This document shows, in pieces, positions 10,802 through 19,573 of a stretch of 64,000 bases of DNA. The notes under the pieces are model-generated. The model was given only the letters and a program-made list of their open reading frames with translations. It did no database searches and was not told the origin of the DNA. The translations under genes were made by a program, and so were the position numbers. The stretch covers positions 14,565-78,564 of the forward strand of contig CAZXBD010000202.1 in assembly GCA_964638305.1 (NCBI GenBank), in the 5' to 3' direction. The first letter of the stretch is position 1, and each line of letters starts with the position of its first letter. Source of the stretch: an uncultured Geobacteraceae bacterium. GTDB taxonomy: Bacteria > Desulfobacterota > Desulfuromonadia > Desulfuromonadales > BM103.

Positions 10802-12643
10802 CTAAACATTCACTTTTGCTAGCAACTGGTTGCTCCGATCAAGAAAACGTGACATTTGTTCCTGATCGAAAGCCCGACAAGTCAACATGGCAAGGTCATA
10901 AACCTGAGCGACCAGAAGAGACGCACTCTCCTCTTTCTGCTCATCATGGAGTTGCACAATGTTCTGGACCACCGGACTGGCCGTATTCACCAGCAATGAC
11001 GGGCCTTTATCTGACAAGGGGATATCTTTCCCCAGAGTTCTGGTCATTTCCTGAAAGCGGCGGTCCTGCTCTGAGAAAAGAGCCATGGCAGGGACAGATT
11101 CATCTTTAAGGCTCTCGACACGCACTTCGAGATTTTCCTCACCCAGGTAATTCTTGAAAATATCGACAATTTTTTCATCACGGGTTTTACCATCTTCTCC
11201 CTGAACCAGGTCTCCTGATTTATCCTGTTGAATAAGGTTCTCTGTCACATCAGCATCGACTCTGGCGAACTTCATCTCGGAGTTTTTCATTTCCAGAAAC
11301 TGGATAAAGTGCGAATCAATTTGTGCATCCATCACCAGAACATCAACACCTTGTGCCTTGAACAATTTGAGATATGTCGCCTGTGCAACCTCATCGTTGG
11401 TGTAATAGACAGTCGTTGCTTTTGCAGCGGCACTGTTTTCCAGATATTCCGGCAAGGTAATCCAATCATCTGAACCACTTATAGCAAACAGTGTCTGGTC
11501 TTTTAGCTTGTCGTAAAACTTGTCGTCACGCATCATGCCGAACTTGATAAAGGTATGGATATCGGCCCAAACTTTGGAAAAAGCTTTGCGATCCTGCTTG
11601 TCGAGCTCAACCAGTTTTCCAGCAACACGACTCGTAATGACGTCTCTGATTTTTCGAACCTGTGGTTCGTTCTGCAGGTAACTGCGCGACACATTCAAGG
11701 GCAGGTCAGGAGCATCAAGACAACCTTGCAGAGGGGTTAAAAACTCAGGAATCAACTCGACACAGTTGTCACTGACAAAGACCTGGTTGCAGAAAAGCTT
11801 GATATGACTTTTGGTGACATCAAATTCTGTGGTCAGCTTGGGAAAGTAGAGAATCCCCTTCAGGTTGAAAGGAAAATCGATATTGAGATGAATCCAGAAC
11901 AGAGGATCATCCGAAAAGGGATAAAGTTTGCGGTAGAAATCTATGTAATCGTCATCACTTAGTTCGGTGGCCATACGTGTCCAGAGAGGGTTTTGATCAT
12001 TGACCACATCCCCTTCCAGATGGATGGCAACAGGCAGAAAATTGCAGTAACGAGTGAGGACTTCACGTACACGGGCCGGTTCCAGAAATTCCAGTTCGTC
12101 ATCATCCAGGTGCAGGATGATTTCCGTGCCACGTTCCTCAAGTTTAATTTCAGAGAGCTCATAACTGGTTGAGCCATCACACGACCAGTGAGCGCCAGAT
12201 GCGCCCTCCTGATAGCTGAGCGAGCGAATTTCAACCTGCTTCGCAACCATGAACGCCGAATAAAAACCAAGTCCAAAATGGCCGATAATCTGGCTTTTAT
12301 CATCCAGGTCCTTGAATTTCTCAATAAATTCTTCGGCCGAGGAGAATGCCATCTGGTTGATATAGCGACGGATTTCATCGGCGCTCATACCAATGCCGTT
12401 ATCTTTGATCGTCAAGGTCTTGTTGTCCTTATCCAACTGGACATCAACCCGATACTCATCTGCTTTCTGCAATCCTTCAACCAGGTTCACATGCTGCATT
12501 TTATGAATCGCATCAACAGCATTGGAAACGAGTTCACGTAAAAAAATCTCTTTCTCGCTGTAGAGCCATTTTTTGATAATCGGAAAGATATTTTCCGTAT
12601 GAATGGAAATTGTGCCCTGCTCTGCTGATTTCTTCTTTGTCAT
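10802..12643 (-). CDS. htpG: molecular chaperone HtpG (Hsp90)
   Basis: Motifs FLRELVSNAVDA, DNGIGM, IGHFGLGFYSAF and DLPLNVSRS. Confidence 0.97.
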   Translation of the reverse strand: MTKKKSAEQGTISIHTENIFPIIKKWLYSEKEIFLRELVSNAVDAIHKMQHVNLVEGLQKADEYRVDVQLDKDNKTLTIKDNGIGMSADEIRRYINQMAFSSAEEFIEKFKDLDDKSQIIGHFGLGFYSAFMVAKQVEIRSLSYQEGASGAHWSCDGSTSYELSEIKLEERGTEIILHLDDDELEFLEPARVREVLTRYCNFLPVAIHLEGDVVNDQNPLWTRMATELSDDDYIDFYRKLYPFSDDPLFWIHLNIDFPFNLKGILYFPKLTTEFDVTKSHIKLFCNQVFVSDNCVELIPEFLTPLQGCLDAPDLPLNVSRSYLQNEPQVRKIRDVITSRVAGKLVELDKQDRKAFSKVWADIHTFIKFGMMRDDKFYDKLKDQTLFAISGSDDWITLPEYLENSAAAKATTVYYTNDEVAQATYLKLFKAQGVDVLVMDAQIDSHFIQFLEMKNSEMKFARVDADVTENLIQQDKSGDLVQGEDGKTRDEKIVDIFKNYLGEENLEVRVESLKDESVPAMALFSEQDRRFQEMTRTLGKDIPLSDKGPSLLVNTASPVVQNIVQLHDEQKEESASLLVAQVYDLAMLTCRAFDQEQMSRFLDRSNQLLAKVNV

Positions 12644-12754
12644 AAAAAAACCTCCCGGGAGTTTAATCGTCCGGAAGGAAGATAGTTACGATACGAAGGA
12701 ATGTCAAGGCTCGCAGTCTGTCAGGCATCAATGAGCGGAGCAACAGTGAACGGG

Positions 12755-13093
12755 TCAGGCACCATAAACGACACCGATCGTATCCGGGACCTGCTCTTTC
12801 TGCAGCATCAACCTGAGGTCACGGTAGTACTCAACATTCAACTGCAGAGGGGCATCGGAAGAATTAAAAGCGACGGTGGCGTCATATTGACGAACCCCCC
12901 AACCAAGGCAGAGGACACAGAGCAGCATGGGGAGCGCGACCCGGGCAATAAAATACAGGGAATGGCCGAGCGTGCGACCCCAGAAGCGGCGTAACACAGC
13001 AAGGACTGCATCCTGTTGACCGGCAAGCACCAGGTAAAGGGAGATTGCAGCAACGTAAAGGGCGAACAGGCCAAAAACAATATGTGCATTCAT
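12755..13093 (-). CDS. hypothetical membrane protein
   Basis: Two hydrophobic segments. RBS GGAGG precedes the ATG at 13093. Confidence 0.65.
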   Translation of the reverse strand: MNAHIVFGLFALYVAAISLYLVLAGQQDAVLAVLRRFWGRTLGHSLYFIARVALPMLLCVLCLGWGVRQYDATVAFNSSDAPLQLNVEYYRDLRLMLQKEQVPDTIGVVYGA

Positions 13094-13213
13094 GACACTG
13101 ACCTCCAGAGAGCGGAAGGGCATAATGCAACAAACATTTTATCCAATTATATGCAAATTATCGTTAAAGGCAAGGGCAACGAAACAACGTTCTTATATAT
13201 CAAACGCCTCCCC

Positions 13214-13633
13214 CTAGTTACCGATGATCTTCACCAGCACACGCTTGCGACGTCGACCGTCAAACTCGCCATAAAAAATCTGTTCCCACGGGCCAAAGTC
13301 CAACTGTCCTGATGTGACTGCAACCACTACTTCACGCCCCATGATGGTTCTCTTAAGGTGCCCATCGCCGTTATCCTCACCGGTATTGTTATGCTGATAG
13401 AGTGTTAAAGGTTCGTGGGGTGCCAATTGTTCCAGCCAGCGCTCAAAATCCTGATGAAGGCCTCTCTCGTCATCATTGATAAAAACGGATGCCGTAATAT
13501 GCATGGCATTACAAAGAATCAGGCCCTCCTGAATACCGCTTTCCCTGAGACACGCATCAACCTTGGAAGTGATATTAACAAAGCCGCGACGTTCAGGCAC
13601 TTCAAACCAGAGTTCTTTTCGATAAGACTGCAT
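13214..13633 (-). CDS. YjbQ/UPF0047 family protein
   Basis: Motifs [17 protein letters not shown] and [22 protein letters not shown]. Confidence 0.9.
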   Translation of the reverse strand: MQSYRKELWFEVPERRGFVNITSKVDACLRESGIQEGLILCNAMHITASVFINDDERGLHQDFERWLEQLAPHEPLTLYQHNNTGEDNGDGHLKRTIMGREVVVAVTSGQLDFGPWEQIFYGEFDGRRRKRVLVKIIGN

Positions 13634-13767
13634 GTGGGCTCCTTTGACGGTATAATATTGACGGTTGAATACTTGTCGGTGCAAAAACAAGCATGATAAT
13701 ATGACTCAGGCATTTTAGCCGTCACACAAGGACGGTTTTGTGTAGCAGGAAAGCCCGGACAACTTAA

Positions 13768-14766
13768 ATGTTAACCTACTCCAAAAAACTGGCAAGCAGG
13801 GCTTTTCTTTCCGGCCTCGTATGCCTCGCAGCTTGCTTCTGTTGCACGCCTTCATTGATGGCGGCTTCCCGGCAAAACAACCAGAACAGCACCCAAACGA
13901 TCCAACCGGAAACAACTGCCGGCCTGCAAACTTTTTTTCAGGCATTGGACTATGACTGGATGCACCTCGAGAATAGTGTCCCACCATTCATTCTCGAAAC
14001 GATTCCGGCTGACATCAATAACTCAGTCGGCACTGCCGCGAAGAAGCGGACTTTCTTTATGGGCCTCCTGCCGATGATCCTCATGTCCAACCAGGAGATA
14101 GCAAGAGAGCGTGCTGAGACACTGCAGATATTGGAAAAACACAGTGAACATAAATTAAAAATCGATGACCGGGAACGTTTGGCTGAGATATCAAAACGTT
14201 ACGGGTTGCGTGGCAACCCACTCGTTGACCACCGGAAACGCTCTCGCTTATTGCGCAGAGTTGACACCATCCCGCCATCTCTCGTACTGGCACAGGCGGC
14301 CAATGAATCCGCCTGGGGAACCTCCCGGTTTGCCCAAGAGGGAAACAATCTTTTTGGCGAGTGGACGTTCAAGCCGGGCAGCGGCATTGTCCCGAAGGGC
14401 CGTCCGCCCGGAGAAATCTACGAAGTTCGTAAGTTCGCGAGTCTTTACGAGTCAATTCGCAGCTACATGAATAATCTCAACCGACACGGTGCTTACCGCG
14501 AACTGCGTGAGATCAGATATGAGCTGCGCAAATCAGGACAACCGGTTTCGGGGAAGGCGCTGGCGAAAGGCCTGCTGAAATACTCACAGCGTGGAGAGGA
14601 CTATATTCGGGAGATTCAGCTGATGATTCAGCAGAACAAGTTATCAAGAGCCAACCTTGCTTCTCTACGTCAACCACAAACCGAGAAGCTGACCAGTATC
14701 AGCACATCCGGAAGCGGCCTGTTCTCAACGAGGAATAAAACTATTGGACACACCAAAACAGATTAA
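13768..14766 (+). CDS. exported glucosaminidase (GH73/Bax-like)
   Basis: Signal peptide, then SLVLAQAANESAWGTSRFAQEGNNLFG and YSQRGEDY. Confidence 0.88.
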   Translation: MLTYSKKLASRAFLSGLVCLAACFCCTPSLMAASRQNNQNSTQTIQPETTAGLQTFFQALDYDWMHLENSVPPFILETIPADINNSVGTAAKKRTFFMGLLPMILMSNQEIARERAETLQILEKHSEHKLKIDDRERLAEISKRYGLRGNPLVDHRKRSRLLRRVDTIPPSLVLAQAANESAWGTSRFAQEGNNLFGEWTFKPGSGIVPKGRPPGEIYEVRKFASLYESIRSYMNNLNRHGAYRELREIRYELRKSGQPVSGKALAKGLLKYSQRGEDYIREIQLMIQQNKLSRANLASLRQPQTEKLTSISTSGSGLFSTRNKTIGHTKTD

Positions 14767-14944
14767 AGCAAATAAAGTTAGATGCTTAGAACCTGCCTCT
14801 CCCTCCCACAAAAAGGCCTAAACAGCCCAATAAGACAAATTTTGAGACCAATATTTATTTTTATTGCATATCAGTGCTTGTGAAAATAAGCTTTTTTGAC
14901 CATTCGCTTGATTCAATAAAATATTAGGGTAAACACATAAGTAA

Positions 14945-15016
14945 TTTGTTGCAGCCTCCTCGGCTGCACAGAGGTTGCCCTGCTCCCACCCCCCTCCGGT
15001 GAGCGGGGCTTTTTTA
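14945..15016 (+). ncRNA. candidate small RNA made of two hairpins with C/U-rich (anti-SD-like) loops and a U-tail
   Basis: Hairpins TGCAGCC-TCCTC-GGCTGCA and GCCCTGCTC..CACC-CCCCTCC-GGTGAGCGGGGC-TTTTTT follow an AT-rich promoter-like stretch. Confidence 0.45.
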
Positions 15017-15085
15017 TTTGTCAGGGTTAGTAAGAATTTCGAATTTTTGCCAATTCCACACCATCAAACAATGTGAGAGGATAAA
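15010..15085 (+). repeat. degenerate direct repeat, copy 1 (copy 2 at 19212-19270)
   Basis: TTTTTATTTGTCAGGgttAGTAAgAATTTCG ... AAACAATGtGAGAGGATAAA. Confidence 0.7.
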
Positions 15086-15090
15086 TAATA

Positions 15091-15135
15091 ATCCAGATGA
15101 CTGGATTCGAACCAGTGTCCCCTGACCCCGAATCC
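15091..15135 (-). pseudogene. 3' half of a tRNA (likely tRNA-Pro, anticodon CGG); att-site-like remnant
   Basis: The minus strand reads GA-TTCGGGG-TCAGG-GGAC-ACTGG-TTCGAAT-CCAGT-CATCTGG: an anticodon loop and a perfect T arm, with no D arm, no 5' acceptor strand and no CCA. Confidence 0.6.
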
Positions 15136-15323
15136 TTTACATGAATCTTCTCCCCAAACCTGACCCTTCTTCTCTAGCCTCCCTACACCTTTTTTGTCTC
15201 CTGTGGGTCGATAGACATCATTCTAAAGCCTAGTATAATTTTGGTGGATAATTAGCGTTTTAAAATGTCGTCTAGCCATGAAATTCCGTCAGAGCAATCA
15301 GCTCAATATAAGGAGGAATAAGG

Positions 15324-15851
15324 ATGGGCAACTACAGTCTATCGTTGAGTTGGCATTCCAGGGTAATCAGCTTCGTCGTTCTTTTCCTTGTCTTTGGTTT
15401 TCAAGCTGTCGGTTGTGCAGCAGAAGCTGGTGAATTTAGCGGAAAATGGATTGCCAATGGTGTTAAAGAGGTTTTTATCTCCAACAGCGACATACAGATT
15501 TATACCTTCAATTTCTCCGGCCATGTAAATCTTCAGTCAAGTCTCGGCAAAAAAAATGATTACTGGGCTGAATGTGTCGGTCTATCAGACTCCGCGACCG
15601 GTGCCACTGCCCGTTGTGTCTGGAAGGACCTTGATGGCGCGGAAATCTATGTCTCACTGCAAAGTGGTGCAATACAAAAAGACAAACGAGTCACCGGAAC
15701 CATCCTAGGTGGTAGCGAGAAACTGGAAGGAATCAGTGGAGAATTTTCCTACAGGTGGTCATCCGTCTCCACTCAATTACATGAAAATGGCAGAAAAACG
15801 ACGATAACTGGTCAGACTTTGGACTTGAGTGGCAGTTACGTGATTCCCTGA
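15324..15851 (+). CDS. exported beta-rich hypothetical protein
   Basis: Strong RBS AAGGAGG, a signal-peptide-like N-terminus, a Cys pair and GGSEKLEGISG. Confidence 0.75.
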   Translation: MGNYSLSLSWHSRVISFVVLFLVFGFQAVGCAAEAGEFSGKWIANGVKEVFISNSDIQIYTFNFSGHVNLQSSLGKKNDYWAECVGLSDSATGATARCVWKDLDGAEIYVSLQSGAIQKDKRVTGTILGGSEKLEGISGEFSYRWSSVSTQLHENGRKTTITGQTLDLSGSYVIP

Positions 15852-15900
15852 GGGTAGCTCTTGTGTTCAGCAGATTTATTCGTACATAAGGAGACATTGT

Positions 15901-17208
15901 ATGTGGATCGTTGAGTTACTGGTCGTGCTGTTTTTTATCTGGCTCGGTGCCCGGATGGGGAGCATCGGTATCGGTTTTGCCGGCGGATTTGGTGTTCTGG
16001 TCCTCGCTTTTGGCTTCGGTCTTGAGCCGGGGGCTATCCCGGTGGATGTCATCCTCATCATCATGGGGGTCATCGCTGCGATCGCCGCTATGCAGGAAGC
16101 AGGGGGGCTTGATTACCTCGTTCACATTGCGGCAAATATTTTGAAAAGCAAACCGAAATATATCACCTTCCTGGCCCCGATGGTCACTTACTGGATGACT
16201 ATTTTTGCGGGCACTGGACACACTGCCTTTTCAACTCTTCCGGTCATCGCAGAAGTCGCTAAACGTGAGGGAATAAGACCTTCACGCCCTCTGTCGATAG
16301 CTACTGTCGCTTCTCAGATCGCCATTACCGCATCACCGATTTCTGCAGCCGTGGTGTTTTTCTCCAGTGAGCTGGAAAAAGTTGGTGTCGACTATGTCGA
16401 GTTACTGATGATCGCGATTCCCAGCAGCTTCCTGGCGGTCATGATTGGTGCGGTTGTTGCCAATTTCATGGGTAAGGATCTTAAGGATGATCCCATCTAC
16501 CAGGAACGTCTGGCAAAAGGGCAGGTCAATATAGAAGTGGAAGAGGATAATGAACAGGAGATTCCCGCGGAAGCAAAAAGGTCAGTGTTGATTTTTGCCC
16601 TCAGTATTGTCTGCGTGGTTTTTTATGCAACAGCAATCAGTGACACAATCGGCCTGATCAAGGAGCCGATCCTCTCGCGCAACGATGCGATTGTCACCTT
16701 TATGCTAGCTGCAGCGTCCATGATCACTCTCTTGTGCAAGGTCGATGCAAAAAGAATCCTTAATGCCGCCACCTTCAAGTCGGGCATGAGCGCCTGTATC
16801 TGTGTACTGGGGGTCGCCTGGCTCGGTACGACTTTTGTCACGGCACACATTGAAGAGATTAACGTCTTTGCCGGTGGGATACTCGAGTCAAACCCCTGGA
16901 CATTGGCCGTGGTTCTCTTCTTCGCTTCCATGTTGCTCTATTCTCAGGCAGCCACCACTAAGGCTCTGATGCCGGCAGCTCTGGCTCTTGGCGTCTCTCC
17001 CATTGCCGCGATAGCAGCCTTTTCTGCCGTTAGTGCCCTCTTCGTGTTGCCAACTTATCCTACTCTCATTGCCGCTGTTGAGTTCGACGATACCGGGTCG
17101 ACACAGATCGGTAAACTTGTCTTCAATCACCCCTTTCTGATCCCCGGCACAGTGACGATCGTTGCTGCAGTTATCCTGGGGTTTGTGTTTGGTGGGATTA
17201 TCCTTTAA
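15901..17208 (+). CDS. anaerobic C4-dicarboxylate transporter, DcuA/DcuB family
   Basis: Motifs GARMGSIGIGFAGG, RPSRPLSIATVASQIAITASPISAA and LPTYPTL..AVEFDDTGST. Confidence 0.95.
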   Translation: MWIVELLVVLFFIWLGARMGSIGIGFAGGFGVLVLAFGFGLEPGAIPVDVILIIMGVIAAIAAMQEAGGLDYLVHIAANILKSKPKYITFLAPMVTYWMTIFAGTGHTAFSTLPVIAEVAKREGIRPSRPLSIATVASQIAITASPISAAVVFFSSELEKVGVDYVELLMIAIPSSFLAVMIGAVVANFMGKDLKDDPIYQERLAKGQVNIEVEEDNEQEIPAEAKRSVLIFALSIVCVVFYATAISDTIGLIKEPILSRNDAIVTFMLAAASMITLLCKVDAKRILNAATFKSGMSACICVLGVAWLGTTFVTAHIEEINVFAGGILESNPWTLAVVLFFASMLLYSQAATTKALMPAALALGVSPIAAIAAFSAVSALFVLPTYPTLIAAVEFDDTGSTQIGKLVFNHPFLIPGTVTIVAAVILGFVFGGIIL

Positions 17209-17241
17209 CACCAGTCAATTGATAATAAAGGAGTCATAATC

Positions 17242-19116
17242 ATGATCCTCGAAGAACAGATCATTAAACAGGCAGCCAAAGGCTCGGGCATCAGTGAAGA
17301 AGATATTCGAATCTTTTTTGAAGTAGGGGAAACGCGGACTTATCAAGCCAATGACTGGCTCTTTCAAGAGTCGACTCCCAGGTCCTGGGCCGGAATCGTT
17401 CTGGATGGCGATGTCGAGCTAGTTCGGGGCCTGCACGGCTCCTCCAGGCACATCGGCTCCCTGATCTCAGGGACGCTGATCAGTGAAGGGGCCTTTTTAG
17501 GCGATGACGCTCATAGCACAGGAGCCTTTACCCGCCACGGGACAACCGTTTGGCAGATCTCCAAAGAAAAGCTTGATGCCTACCGAGAAGAGAAGCCCGA
17601 GCTCTTCTACCGGATTGTTGCGCGGGTTGCGGTCGGCATCAACAGGCGTTTGCAAAGTTTGTCCGATCAGATCTACCAGGATGACCAGGAAGTCCGTGAA
17701 GTAGGAGGTTTTCGCCTGGAACACGATTCTCTGGGCCAGCGCGAAATTCCGGACCATGCTTACTACGGGGTCCAGACCCAGAGGGCTATGGAGAATTTCG
17801 CTATTTCAGGTGTTTTTGTCAGTAATTTTGAGCATCTGGTTGAGGGTCTTGCCATGACGAAGAAGGCGGCGGCACTGGCAAATCAGCAACTGGGAGTTCT
17901 CGACGAGGGAAAAGCACAAGCGATCTGCAGTGCCTGTGACGAACTTCTGGATGGCAAATTGCGTGAGCATTTCGCCGTCGATATGTTCCAGGGTGGGGCT
18001 GGCACCTCAACCAATATGAACGCCAATGAAGTAATCGCTAATCGCGGTCTCGAGTTCATGGGGTATCGCAAGGGGGAATATGAACACTTGCACCCCAATG
18101 ATCACGTCAACTGTTCCCAGTCAACCAACGACGCTTATCCGACCTCGATTAAACTGGCCGTTCTGTTGTCACATCGAGAGCTGGCCAGGGCGATGAAAGA
18201 GCTGAAGAAGTCGCTGCAAGCCAAGGGCGATGAGTTCAGTGATGTATTGAAGATGGGACGCACCGAAAATCAGGACGCGGTACCGATGACCCTCGGCCAG
18301 GAGTTCAGCGCCTACGCGATTATGATTGGTAGTGCCATGGCTGCAATTGAAGGGGCCTGTCACGAGTTTCAGGCCATCAACATGGGAGCAACGGCAATCG
18401 GAACGGGTATCAACAGTCCTCCCGGATATGCCAACCTGGTGACCAAAAAGCTCACCGAAGTCAGCGGTTTTGAACTTCGCCGTGCAGAGAACCTGGTTGA
18501 AGCGACACAGAATGCCGGAACATTTGTTCAGATGTCCGCCACTCTTAAGCGCGCCGCCGTACAAATCTCAAAGATTTGCAACGATCTACGCTGGCTCTCT
18601 TCTGGCCCTCGCTGTGGTCTCAACGAGATCAACCTGCCGCCGATGCAGCCCGGATCATCCATCATGCCGGGCAAGGTCAATCCGGCCATCCCGGAAGTTG
18701 TCAATCAGATTTGCTTCCAGGTGATCGGTTATGACGCTGTTGTCTCAATGGCCGCTGAAGCGAGCGAACTGGAACTGTGTATGGCCGAGCCGATCATCGC
18801 TTTCGATCTGTTGCACGGCATGATGATCCTGAAAAATGCCTGTGTGACTCTCGCCTCGCGCTGCATTGTGGGGATCGAGGCCAACCGGGAGATCTGCCGT
18901 GGCTACGTCGAGAACAGTATCGGCCTGGTAACCGCGTTGGTGCCCGTCATTGGTTATGAGCAATCCGCAGCAATTGCCAAGGAGGCACTCAAAACGGGTG
19001 GGAGCGTCTATACTCTGGTTCTTGAAAAAGGCTTGCTTTCAAAAGAACAGCTCGATGATATGTTACGTCCTGAGAATATGACAGACCCCCGGGAGATTCC
19101 TCACGAAAAGATATAA
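17242..19116 (+). CDS. aspA: aspartate ammonia-lyase with an N-terminal cNMP-binding (Crp-like) domain
   Basis: The C-terminal 470 aa contain YYGVQTQRAMENF, QGGAGTSTNMNANE, KMGRT and GSSIMPGKVNP. The N-terminal 150 aa look like a cNMP-binding fold. Confidence 0.9.
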   Translation: MILEEQIIKQAAKGSGISEEDIRIFFEVGETRTYQANDWLFQESTPRSWAGIVLDGDVELVRGLHGSSRHIGSLISGTLISEGAFLGDDAHSTGAFTRHGTTVWQISKEKLDAYREEKPELFYRIVARVAVGINRRLQSLSDQIYQDDQEVREVGGFRLEHDSLGQREIPDHAYYGVQTQRAMENFAISGVFVSNFEHLVEGLAMTKKAAALANQQLGVLDEGKAQAICSACDELLDGKLREHFAVDMFQGGAGTSTNMNANEVIANRGLEFMGYRKGEYEHLHPNDHVNCSQSTNDAYPTSIKLAVLLSHRELARAMKELKKSLQAKGDEFSDVLKMGRTENQDAVPMTLGQEFSAYAIMIGSAMAAIEGACHEFQAINMGATAIGTGINSPPGYANLVTKKLTEVSGFELRRAENLVEATQNAGTFVQMSATLKRAAVQISKICNDLRWLSSGPRCGLNEINLPPMQPGSSIMPGKVNPAIPEVVNQICFQVIGYDAVVSMAAEASELELCMAEPIIAFDLLHGMMILKNACVTLASRCIVGIEANREICRGYVENSIGLVTALVPVIGYEQSAAIAKEALKTGGSVYTLVLEKGLLSKEQLDDMLRPENMTDPREIPHEKI

Positions 19117-19181
19117 TTAGTTTTTTTTGGGCTGTGCGCTTGAGTCCACCACACACGACATTAGGACTAACCCGCAAAATG

Positions 19182-19216
19182 ATGGCCACCTGGATCAATT
19201 CCGAGTGGCCATTTTT
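19182..19216 (+). terminator. intrinsic terminator (ATGGCCAC/GTGGCCAT hairpin family)
   Basis: ATGGCCAC-N15-GTGGCCAT-TTTT after aspA. Confidence 0.7.
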
Positions 19217-19270
19217 ATTTGTCAGGAGTAGTAAAAATTTCGCGCACTCAAAACAATGCGAGAGGATAAA
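19212..19270 (+). repeat. degenerate direct repeat, copy 2
   Basis: TTTTTATTTGTCAGGagtAGTAAaAATTTCG ... AAACAATGcGAGAGGATAAA. Confidence 0.7.
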
Positions 19271-19573
19271 CAAGATAACCATACCTTGACCTAAACACCC
19301 GGTTGAATATGCTTTCACAGTCTTATTTATGAAGGTTTCTGAGAATGCAGGGGGAAGATGAACAATGACCACAAGCCATCCGCATGAACGGTGGGTGGCT
19401 TTTTGTGTTTTTGGAAACATCAATTAGTACGATTAACCGTGTTCACTTTTCGTGGGTAAGGCCATCTTTAAGCAGAATTGCCATTTCACAAAATTACCTG
19501 ATCGTCTAAGATGTCATTGTCTTTCAGTGACGGACAACGAAGCTTGATAACTGTTTCCCTAATGAGGTGAGAT

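Noticed and set aside
15091-15135. Intact tRNA gene
   Set aside because: The D arm, 5' acceptor strand and CCA are absent, so it is reported only as a fragment.
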